This document shows, in pieces, positions 35,414-42,857 of a DNA stretch of 64,000 nucleotides. The first letter of the stretch is position 1. Each line of letters begins with the position of its first letter. A program made the translations under genes and the position numbers. Origin of the DNA: Bacillota bacterium (GTDB taxonomy: Bacteria > Bacillota > Clostridia > Acetivibrionales > DTU013); contig JAEYON010000068.1 in the NCBI GenBank assembly GCA_023411645.1, forward strand, positions 44,599 through 108,598, given 5' to 3'. The notes beneath the pieces are model-generated. The model saw nothing but the letters and a program-made list of their open reading frames with translations, ran no database searches and had not been told where the DNA came from.

Positions 35414-36589
35414 TTGAAAGAGGTGTTAGCTATAGGGAATTATGGGAAAATTGAAACTGCACTTATTCATGACGGTATTTATGGGGACAAACAAACAGGT
35501 GCTGTAAATACCCCCATCTATCAGACTTCAACATATGAGCAGGAAGAACTCGGCAAACATAAAGGATGGGAATATTCCCGTACGGGCAACCCAACGAGAG
35601 CTGCACTGGAAGCGCTGATAGCCGCTCTGGAGGGTGGTGCCGCCGGGTATGCTTTTGCGTCCGGTATGGCAGCTACCACCGCCGTGCTCAGTCTCTTCCA
35701 AAGCGGAGACAAAATTGTTATCTCCAGCAATGTATACGGCGGCACATTCCGCGTACTTGACAAGGTTTTCAAGCACTTCGGTATAAATTATATCATTGTG
35801 GACACAACGGATCTGCCCGTACTTGAGCAGGCGCTGACACCGGATGTGAAGGCAATCCTGATTGAAAGCCCGGCCAATCCGCTGCTGACTATCACCGACA
35901 TCGCAGCGGTTGCCGGACTCTCCAGGCAAAAGGGTATTCTTCTGATTGTTGACAATACTTTTATGACGCCTTACCTTCAGCGGCCGCTGGAGCTAGGAGC
36001 GGACATTGTCCTGCATTCCGCTACTAAATACTTGGGCGGACACAGTGATTTGATTGCAGGTTTAGTTGCAGTTAAATCGAAAGAGCTGGCCGAGAAGCTG
36101 CATTTTATCCAGAACGCCACCGGCGGTATTTTACAGCCATTTGACTCGTTCCTTCTTATCCGCAGCATAAAAACATTGGGTGTTCGGATGGATCGCCATG
36201 TGGAAAACGCGGAGCGGATCGCTCAAATTTTAAAATCGCATGAGGCGGTCAAAACGGTGTATTATCCGGGACTCCCAGATACACAGGGGTATGAAATCAA
36301 TAAAAAGCAAGCCCAAAATGGCGGTGCGATGATTTCTTTTGAGTTGGAAGATACTTATGATTACCGGAAATTTTTTAAAAGGCTGAAGCTTATTGCACTG
36401 GCGGAATCATTGGGCGGTGTTGAGTCCCTCGCATGTCACCCGGCAAGTATGACTCACGCTTCCATTCCAAAGGAAATACGTGAGAAGGTGGGTATCACAG
36501 ATGGACTTATTCGTTTATCAGTCGGGCTTGAACATTATGAAGACCTTGCATCAGACCTGAAGCAGGCAATTGAGGGGGCACGAATGTGA
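35414..36589 (+). CDS. Cys/Met-metabolism PLP enzyme (cystathionine gamma-lyase / gamma-synthase / beta-lyase family, MccB/MetB/MetC-like)
   Basis: 391 aa. IETALIHDG, TPIYQTSTY, NPTRAALEALIAALEGG and HSATKYLGGHSD (PLP lysine). There is no in-frame ATG near the N-terminus, so the start is uncertain (TTG 35414 or GTG 35423). Confidence 0.88.
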   Translation: MKEVLAIGNYGKIETALIHDGIYGDKQTGAVNTPIYQTSTYEQEELGKHKGWEYSRTGNPTRAALEALIAALEGGAAGYAFASGMAATTAVLSLFQSGDKIVISSNVYGGTFRVLDKVFKHFGINYIIVDTTDLPVLEQALTPDVKAILIESPANPLLTITDIAAVAGLSRQKGILLIVDNTFMTPYLQRPLELGADIVLHSATKYLGGHSDLIAGLVAVKSKELAEKLHFIQNATGGILQPFDSFLLIRSIKTLGVRMDRHVENAERIAQILKSHEAVKTVYYPGLPDTQGYEINKKQAQNGGAMISFELEDTYDYRKFFKRLKLIALAESLGGVESLACHPASMTHASIPKEIREKVGITDGLIRLSVGLEHYEDLASDLKQAIEGARM

Positions 36590-37494
36590 TTTACGAAGAC
36601 ATGCAGCAATTGATTGGAAATACACCCCTTGTCCGGTTATCGCACTCCGGCTTTCCTGAAACGCTGCGTATATACGCCAAGCTGGAGCTATATAATCCTT
36701 CCGGCAGTGTCAAGGACAGAATCGGCAAATACATGATTGAAGATGCCGAGCGCCGGGGAATCCTGAAGCCAGGATCCACCATCGTGGAAGCAACCGCCGG
36801 AAATACCGGGTTGGGCATCGCTTTTGCCGCACTAAATAGAGGCTACCGTCTGATATTTGTGGTTCCAACAAAGTTCTCACAGGAAAAGCAAACCTTACTC
36901 CGGGCTTTGGGTGGAGAAATAATTAACACACCTTTGGAAGACGGAATGATGGGCGCAGCGCAAAAAGCCGAACAAATCCGTATCGACATTCCGGGAGCGG
37001 TTACATTAGGACAGTTTAAAAACCAAAGCAACCCGCAGGCGCATTATGAAACCACAGGCCCTGAAATCTGGAGTGAAATGAAAGGACAGATTGATTTTGT
37101 GGTAGCTGGGGCAGGCAGCGGTGGCACCTATACCGGTATATTGCGTTACTTGAAAGAACAAAACCCAGATATCAGAGGTGTTTTGGCTGATCCCATCGGT
37201 TCCACCATGGGTGGCGGTGAACACGCAAACTATGACATTGAAGGCATCGGTAACGATTTTATTGCCGAGACGATGGATATGTCACTTGTGGACGATGTAA
37301 TCAAGATCAGCGATGCCGAAGCAATGGATGAAGTAAAGCAACTGGCCCTAAAAGAAGGAATCATTGCCGGATCTTCCTCAGGTGCGGCGTTGGCGGCGGT
37401 CAAACATCTGGCGCAAAAGGTTTCCGCAGGCAATATTGCTACTATTTTCCCCGACCGGGGAGACCGGTATTTTAGTAAAAACATATTTGGATAA
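36586..37494 (+). CDS. CysK/CysM/MccA-family PLP enzyme (cysteine synthase or O-acetylserine-dependent cystathionine beta-synthase)
   Basis: 302 aa. IGNTPLVRL, NPSGSVKDRIG and TAGNTGLGIA. It overlaps the upstream stop by 4 nt; the alternative start is ATG 36601. Confidence 0.88.
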   Translation: MIYEDMQQLIGNTPLVRLSHSGFPETLRIYAKLELYNPSGSVKDRIGKYMIEDAERRGILKPGSTIVEATAGNTGLGIAFAALNRGYRLIFVVPTKFSQEKQTLLRALGGEIINTPLEDGMMGAAQKAEQIRIDIPGAVTLGQFKNQSNPQAHYETTGPEIWSEMKGQIDFVVAGAGSGGTYTGILRYLKEQNPDIRGVLADPIGSTMGGGEHANYDIEGIGNDFIAETMDMSLVDDVIKISDAEAMDEVKQLALKEGIIAGSSSGAALAAVKHLAQKVSAGNIATIFPDRGDRYFSKNIFG

Positions 37495-37521
37495 AAAATC
37501 AAATTATTACCTTAAAAAACC

Positions 37522-37550
37522 TTGACTAGAAAAAGATGATATGCTATACT
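37522..37550 (+). promoter_or_regulatory. Sigma-A-type promoter of the leader ORF / nitrogenase-like operon
   Basis: TTGACT (37522-37527), 17 nt, TATACT (37545-37550). The inverted repeat TATGCT-N7-AGCATA (37540-37558) overlaps the -10. Confidence 0.55.
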
Positions 37551-37597
37551 AAAGCATAGTAAATCTATATGTTTAATCAGAAATAGGAGAGTCAACT

Positions 37598-37756
37598 ATG
37601 AACAAGCATATAAACACCGTCAATACAGTTGTTTGCAGCGTTTCTGCCATGTGCATGATGCGAGTGTCTTGTTGCATCAGTATGTCAATGATGCGAATGT
37701 CTTGCTGCACCTGTATGCCCATGTGTTGTGACAATCCTATTCCCAAACCCGCATGA
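37598..37756 (+). CDS. 52-codon Cys/Met-rich leader ORF (candidate attenuation leader peptide; shorter than the 60-aa ORF-track cutoff)
   Basis: SD AGGAGA (37585-37590) lies 7 nt before the ATG. Translation: MNKHINTVNTVVCSVSAMCMMRVSCCISMSMMRMSCCTCMPMCCDNPIPKPA*, with 9 Cys and 9 internal Met within residues 13-44. An internal 22-nt repeat encodes MMR[V/M]SCC twice. A terminator hairpin starts 13-16 nt after the stop. Confidence 0.6.
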   Translation: MNKHINTVNTVVCSVSAMCMMRVSCCISMSMMRMSCCTCMPMCCDNPIPKPA

Positions 37757-37769
37757 TTTTCCGTCTGTG

Positions 37770-37809
37770 AAAGGCACAGTTCGTGTAAAATGCGGACTGT
37801 GCCTTTTTT
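37770..37809 (+). terminator. Intrinsic terminator / attenuator between the leader ORF and the nitrogenase-like genes
   Basis: GGCACAGT (37773-37780) pairs with ACTGTGCC (37796-37803). The stem extends upward through TCGTG/TGCGG (G-U pairs) to a 5-nt loop and downward via AAA/TTT. T6 follows at 37804-37809. Confidence 0.75.
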
Positions 37810-37902
37810 AATCCTCGAAAAAGCAACTGAAAAAAGCAGCTCTGTGTCGGGCAGGGGCTCGCTACTTGCTGACCACAAATCTCTCAAAACAGGAGGAGAA
37901 TA

Positions 37903-39378
37903 ATGAGCAAAGTCAATTTATCCTTGCCGGAGGTGCAGATCCGGGAAATCCGTATTAACTCAATAACCGGTTACCAGGGCAGTGCCAGGGAATTGGTTGA
38001 CTGCTCCCGCCGCGGACTGAAGGACAAAAACCGATCTTTCAGCCAGTGCCTTGGATGTGCAACCTCCAAGGCGGCTTGTATGACAATTATGGTTCAGGAC
38101 GGCGCGGTCATCAGCCACGGACCGGTGGGCTGCTCGTCCTGCTATCACGAGTTTGCCTTTACCTACCGTGTCAATTCACCGCTGCGGGGCGTGGAAAATC
38201 CTACCCAACGCAAAATCTACTCCACCAATCTGAAGGAGAAGGACACAGTATACGGCGGTGGAAAAAAGCTGGCAAAGACAATCCGTGAGGTTTATAACCG
38301 CACACACGCCAGAGTAATCTTTGTGCTGACAACCTGCGCGGCGGGCATAATCGGCGATGATGTGAACAGCATCTGCGATGAAGCGGAGGATGAACTGGGT
38401 GTTCCCGTGGTGGCGATTTTCTGCGAAGGCTTCAAGTCCAAGGTTTGGACGACAGGTTTTGACGCAGCCTACCACGGCATTGCGCGCAAGTTGATTGAGC
38501 AGCCCCGCCGGCGAAGAAATGACATCATCAATGTCATAAACTTTTGGGGATCTGATATTTTTAAAGACTGGTTCGCGGAATTCGGTGTGATACCCAACTA
38601 TATCACACCCTACTCCACACTCGAAAGCATCCGTTGGTCATCCGAGGCGGCAGCGACGGTGCAAGCTTGCTCGACGCTGGGCTCCTATCTGGGTGCCGCG
38701 CTGGAACAGCAATTTGGTGTTCCCGAGCTGCCGACAGCACCGCCTTACGGCATCGCCCAAACCAACCGCTGGTTCCGCGCCCTTGGCAAGTTGCTGGGAA
38801 AGGAAGATGTGGCCGAACGGGTGATTGCTGAAAAGAGGGAAAAATATCTGCCCCAGATAGAAGCAATCCGGGAAAAGCTCACGGGGAAAACCGCCTATGT
38901 CACAGCAGGCGCCGCCCATGGTCATGCTCTTCTGGGTGTGCTGGCAGAACTTGGCATAAAAGCTCAGGGAGCCGCCATCTTCCACCATGACCCGCTTTAC
39001 GACAACGGCGTGCCCGAGGGCGATCAGTTGGCTCAGCGAGTAAGCGACTTTGGCGATGTTCCCAACTTCAATGTCTGCAACAAGCAGGAGTTTGAACTGG
39101 TCAATTCGCTCAACCGTATCCGCCCTGACCTTCTTCTGGCACGGCATGGCGGCATGACACTCTGGGGCGCAAAGCTCGGCATCCCGTCGCTGCTCATCGG
39201 CGATGAACACTACAGTATGGGATACGAGGGATTGGTCAAATATGGTCAGCGAATAATTGAAACGCTGGAAAATGATGAATTTGTCAAGAATCTGGAGCGG
39301 CACGCCATCAACCCCTACACCAAATGGTGGCTGTCTCAGGAACCATATACATTTTTGCAGGGAGGTTCGGGTAAATGA
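37903..39378 (+). CDS. Nitrogenase-like component 1, alpha (NifD/NifE-like) subunit
   Basis: 491 aa with SD AGGAGGAG. ISHGPVGCSSC and VLTTCAAGIIGDDV match NifD P-cluster Cys contexts. By-eye alignment also places VQACSTLGSY and GDEHYSMGYEG at the NifD Cys275 and His442 cofactor-ligand positions. Confidence 0.85.
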   Translation: MSKVNLSLPEVQIREIRINSITGYQGSARELVDCSRRGLKDKNRSFSQCLGCATSKAACMTIMVQDGAVISHGPVGCSSCYHEFAFTYRVNSPLRGVENPTQRKIYSTNLKEKDTVYGGGKKLAKTIREVYNRTHARVIFVLTTCAAGIIGDDVNSICDEAEDELGVPVVAIFCEGFKSKVWTTGFDAAYHGIARKLIEQPRRRRNDIINVINFWGSDIFKDWFAEFGVIPNYITPYSTLESIRWSSEAAATVQACSTLGSYLGAALEQQFGVPELPTAPPYGIAQTNRWFRALGKLLGKEDVAERVIAEKREKYLPQIEAIREKLTGKTAYVTAGAAHGHALLGVLAELGIKAQGAAIFHHDPLYDNGVPEGDQLAQRVSDFGDVPNFNVCNKQEFELVNSLNRIRPDLLLARHGGMTLWGAKLGIPSLLIGDEHYSMGYEGLVKYGQRIIETLENDEFVKNLERHAINPYTKWWLSQEPYTFLQGGSGK

Positions 39379-40718
39379 GCAAAGTCGAATTGATAGAACA
39401 GGAGCGTTACGTCTGCGCTATTGGGGCTCTGCAAAGCGTGGTTGCTATTCCCCGTGCCGTGCCCATTTTGCATTCCGGCCCCGGGTGCGGGGACATGGTT
39501 CAGGGCTTCTTTGGGCACTCCACCGGATATGCTGGAGGCAGCACCTCTCCATGCACAAATTTTTCAGAAAAAGAAGTAGTGTTTGGCGGCATCGATCGTC
39601 TGCGGCAAATCATTGCCAACACATACAAAGTATTGGATACGGATTTACAAGTGGTACTTACAGGCTGCACGGCGGGCATAGTAGGCGACGATGTAGATAG
39701 CCTCGTGGAGGAGTTTCGCAGCGAGGGCAAACCCATCGTGTCTGTAGAAACGGCTGGATTCAAGTGCAATAACTTTGAGGCGCACAGCTTGGTGGTTAAT
39801 GCAATCATCGATCAGTATGTGGATGGTTTTTCTGAAGAGAATCCTGCATGCAGTGAAAAGAATACAGTGAACCTGTTTGCCTCCCTTCCATACCAGGACC
39901 CGTTCTGGAAAGGAAACCTCGCTGAATACAAGCGGCTGCTTGCCGGTATCGGGCTCAAGGCTCAAGTACTGTTCGGGCCGCAGTCTGGCGGAGTAAAGGA
40001 GTGGCAGCAGATTCCCCGTGCGAACTTCAATATCCTTATTTCCCCATGGTATGGACTGCCTATTGTCGAGAACCTGGAACAAAAGTATGGTCAGCCATTC
40101 ACACATTTTATGCATATTCCTATTGGGGCGAACGCAACAGAAAAATGGCTTAGACAGGTCATTGCCTTCGCCAGGGAGCAGGGTGCGGAAATTGATGAGG
40201 AAAAAGCCGAAGCCTTTTTACGCAGTGAAATTCATGCCTATTATGAAGAAATTGACAGCCTGGCTACCTTCTTGTTGGAATTCCGCTACGGACTGCCGAA
40301 TCATGTTCATATTTTCCACGACGCAGGATATGTTCTGGGCCTATCCAAGTTTCTTCTTCACGAGGTTGGGGTAGTGCCCAAAGAGCAATTTGTTACCGAT
40401 AATACACCGGAGCGATTCCATGAAGGGATAATCGCAGATATAAAGAGCACTTCCGATAAGCGGGACATCCCGTTGTTTTTCGAGTCGGATGCAGGACGGG
40501 CGCAAGACATTCTGCGCGGCATTTCCCATAGCGGTCGCGGACTCATTATTGGCAGCGGCTGGGAAAAGGAACTGGCCGCAGAAAAGAATACGGACTTTCT
40601 TACTGCGGCGCTGCCATCTTCTTACCGTTTGGTGCTTACAACCAACTACGCCGGTTTTAGCGGCGGATTGCGTGTGATTGAGGACATTTACAACACGGTT
40701 CTGCCGACGTACCGATAG
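39375..40718 (+). CDS. Nitrogenase-like component 1, beta (NifK/NifN-like) subunit
   Basis: 447 aa. Overlaps the upstream stop by 4 nt. YVCAIGALQS, ILHSGPGCGDMV and VLTGCTAGIVGDDV match NifK P-cluster Cys contexts. Confidence 0.85.
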   Translation: MSKVELIEQERYVCAIGALQSVVAIPRAVPILHSGPGCGDMVQGFFGHSTGYAGGSTSPCTNFSEKEVVFGGIDRLRQIIANTYKVLDTDLQVVLTGCTAGIVGDDVDSLVEEFRSEGKPIVSVETAGFKCNNFEAHSLVVNAIIDQYVDGFSEENPACSEKNTVNLFASLPYQDPFWKGNLAEYKRLLAGIGLKAQVLFGPQSGGVKEWQQIPRANFNILISPWYGLPIVENLEQKYGQPFTHFMHIPIGANATEKWLRQVIAFAREQGAEIDEEKAEAFLRSEIHAYYEEIDSLATFLLEFRYGLPNHVHIFHDAGYVLGLSKFLLHEVGVVPKEQFVTDNTPERFHEGIIADIKSTSDKRDIPLFFESDAGRAQDILRGISHSGRGLIIGSGWEKELAAEKNTDFLTAALPSSYRLVLTTNYAGFSGGLRVIEDIYNTVLPTYR

Positions 40719-40727
40719 GAGGCCGCT

Positions 40728-41063
40728 ATGAACGCACGGATTGCTTTCGCCAGTACGGGCGATTATATTGATCAGCACTTTGGCTCCGCACGGTATTGGC
40801 AGGTGTACGATCTTGCAGAAGATGGAACCTGCCGGCATGTTGAAACCCGGAGGACACAGGCCAAATGTCAGGGAAACTGCGAAGGCGGTTTTGACCACTT
40901 GCTCAGGACGCTGGAGGACTGTGAAGCCGTATTCGTAAGCAAAATTGGTCAATCCGCAGCGGCGTTTATGATTGGCCGCGGTAAGCGGGTATTTGAGGCG
41001 GCGGGGGCAATCGATGAAATTATTGATCAAATTTCGGGTGAAAACCTGTTGGAGGAGGGCTAA
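40728..41063 (+). CDS. NifX/NafY/NifB-C-terminal-type FeMo-cofactor-binding domain protein
   Basis: 111 aa. RIAFASTGDYIDQHFGSARYWQVYDL...AVFVSKIGQSAAAFMIGRGKRVFEA is the typical dinitrogenase cofactor-biosynthesis domain pattern. Confidence 0.8.
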   Translation: MNARIAFASTGDYIDQHFGSARYWQVYDLAEDGTCRHVETRRTQAKCQGNCEGGFDHLLRTLEDCEAVFVSKIGQSAAAFMIGRGKRVFEAAGAIDEIIDQISGENLLEEG

Positions 41064-41066
41064 ACC

Positions 41067-41942
41067 ATAGCTTTTTCATTTGAGGAATTAACAAAATTCC
41101 ATCCCTGTTTTGCGGTGGGAGCAAAAAACAATAAAGGACGCGTCCATCTGCCGGTTTCACCAGGCTGCAACATCAACTGCCTCTTTTGCGACCGCAGGCT
41201 GAACAATATCGATCAGCGGCCTGGCGTCACTTCGAGAATTATTTCCCCGCAGGAAGCTGTGGATGTCGTGCGTAAGGCGGTTGCCCTCTGCCCGGGTATC
41301 ACGGTGGCAGGAGTGGCCGGACCGGGAGACACTTTGGCGACGCCATATGCACTGAGAACCTTTCGGTTAATCAAAGCGGAGCTGCCTGATATCATCAAGT
41401 GCATGAGCACAAACGGGTTGCTTTTACCGGACTTCGCAGATGAAATCATTGATGTGGGCATAGATTCTCTCACTGTCACAGTCAACGCCGTTGACGCGGA
41501 AATACAGTCTCAAATCTGCAGCGGCATAACATACCAAGGCAAGCGCTATGAGAACACTACCGCTGCCGAGATCCTGATTACCAATCAGCTTGCCGGGATC
41601 AAGAAGGTTGCAGATGCCGGAATCACTGTCAAGGTCAATACCGTGCTGATTCCCGAAATCAACGTGGGGCATGTGGCGGAGGTCGCAAGGACAGTCAGTG
41701 AAGTGGGTGCGCGGATTTATAATATTATTCCGCTGATCCCCCAACACAAGCTCGCGTGGTGTTCCGCACCCGGCTGCGATCTGATTAGTAGTACACGCAT
41801 AGAAGCCGAGCGGTACATCAAGGTTTTCCGGCATTGCCAGCGGTGCCGAGCCGATGCGGCGGGAATCCCCGGCGGCGCAGATGTGTCGGAACAACTTTTT
41901 ATTAGCTCTGTAAGGCTGGAAAATACTTTCTCGCACGGCTGA
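41067..41942 (+). CDS. NifB-like radical SAM cofactor-maturation protein (start uncertain: ATA 41067 with SD, or GTG 41115 as in the ORF track)
   Basis: RVHLPVSPGCNINCLFCDR (CxxxCxxC), GVAGPGDTLA, CMSTNGLLLP, KVNTVLIPEIN and HCQRCRADAAGIPGG align with NifB. The in-frame codons 41064-41114 encode ...FHPCFAVGA, matching the NifB N-terminal HPC motif, yet contain no ATG, GTG or TTG. Confidence 0.8.
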   Translation: MAFSFEELTKFHPCFAVGAKNNKGRVHLPVSPGCNINCLFCDRRLNNIDQRPGVTSRIISPQEAVDVVRKAVALCPGITVAGVAGPGDTLATPYALRTFRLIKAELPDIIKCMSTNGLLLPDFADEIIDVGIDSLTVTVNAVDAEIQSQICSGITYQGKRYENTTAAEILITNQLAGIKKVADAGITVKVNTVLIPEINVGHVAEVARTVSEVGARIYNIIPLIPQHKLAWCSAPGCDLISSTRIEAERYIKVFRHCQRCRADAAGIPGGADVSEQLFISSVRLENTFSHG

Positions 41943-41975
41943 GATAAATTAGATGATGAAAGGTGGTGGTGTTAT

Positions 41976-42857
41976 ATGTGCAGCGACTGTGATATGTGCG
42001 ACACGGCCGACCATACCTTTATGCCGATGATGGCGAAAATCAACTTGTGTTTGTGGAGGGGGAAAGATGATATGGGATATATAGAAATAAAAGATCTGCA
42101 CAAGGCCTTCCATATTCGAGGACAGTCGCTCGATGTTTTGAAGGGTGTAGATCTCAGCATAGAAAAAGGCGAAATTTTCGGCATTATAGGTTATTCCGGT
42201 GCGGGAAAATCAACGCTGGCACGATGCATTAATCGGCTTGAGGAGGCTGATAAAGGCGAAATCATAGTGGACGGAGTAGATATCAGATCCTTAAGCAAAA
42301 AGAATCTGTTGCGGGAACGCCGCAACATCGGAATGATTTTTCAACAGTTCAATCTGTTTGAGGCTCAAACTGTGTACGAAAACATCTCTTATCCTTTAAA
42401 AATATCCGGGGTGCCGAGCCGTGAAATAAGAGAGCGTGTACTTGAAGCGGCAGAAGTTGTGAGTTTATACGACAAGCTAGACGCTTACCCGGGCGGATTG
42501 TCCGGAGGACAAAAACAACGAGTCGGAATCGCGAGGGCTATCGTCGGAAGACCGAATGTATTACTAAGCGACGAGGCGACAAGCGCGCTTGATCCTCAGA
42601 CTACGCTTTCGACACTCGAATTATTAGAGGAAATCAACGCAAAGACAGGTATCACTATATTGATGATAACTCACGAGCTTGACGTAATCAAGTACAGTTG
42701 CACACGGATGGCCGTGCTTGAAAACGGTATCATTATCGAAAGCGGCAAAACAACCGAGGTTTTTGGAAACCCCAAAAGCAAAACGGGAGAACTATTCTTT
42801 AAGGTTTACACCGAATTTCGGAATCAAAAGGAATACGCAGGAGGTGATGGAATTTGA
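41976..42857 (+). CDS. metN: Methionine-type ABC transporter ATP-binding protein (alternative start ATG 42072)
   Basis: Walker A GYSGAGKST, signature LSGGQKQRV and Walker B LLSDEATSALD. The canonical MetN N-terminus MGYIEIKDLHKAF begins at 42072 (SD GGAGGGGG). The ORF also opens at ATG 41976 (SD AGGTGGTGG), adding a 32-aa Cys/Met-rich extension. Confidence 0.88.
   Translation: MCSDCDMCDTADHTFMPMMAKINLCLWRGKDDMGYIEIKDLHKAFHIRGQSLDVLKGVDLSIEKGEIFGIIGYSGAGKSTLARCINRLEEADKGEIIVDGVDIRSLSKKNLLRERRNIGMIFQQFNLFEAQTVYENISYPLKISGVPSREIRERVLEAAEVVSLYDKLDAYPGGLSGGQKQRVGIARAIVGRPNVLLSDEATSALDPQTTLSTLELLEEINAKTGITILMITHELDVIKYSCTRMAVLENGIIIESGKTTEVFGNPKSKTGELFFKVYTEFRNQKEYAGGDGI

Noticed and set aside
37573-37887. 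104-aa minus-strand ORF from the track covering the leader region
   Set aside because: It is the antisense reading of the Cys/Met leader ORF, whose ATG/TGC-rich sense strand gives an open antisense frame. It has no SD or promoter. The plus strand carries a promoter, SD, ORF and terminator in the proper order.
38638-41030. Long minus-strand ORFs (221 aa at 38638..39303; 156 aa at 39645..40115; 229 aa at 40341..41030)
   Set aside because: They are antisense shadows of the GC-rich NifD-, NifK- and NifX-like genes, and the plus-strand products carry clear family motifs.
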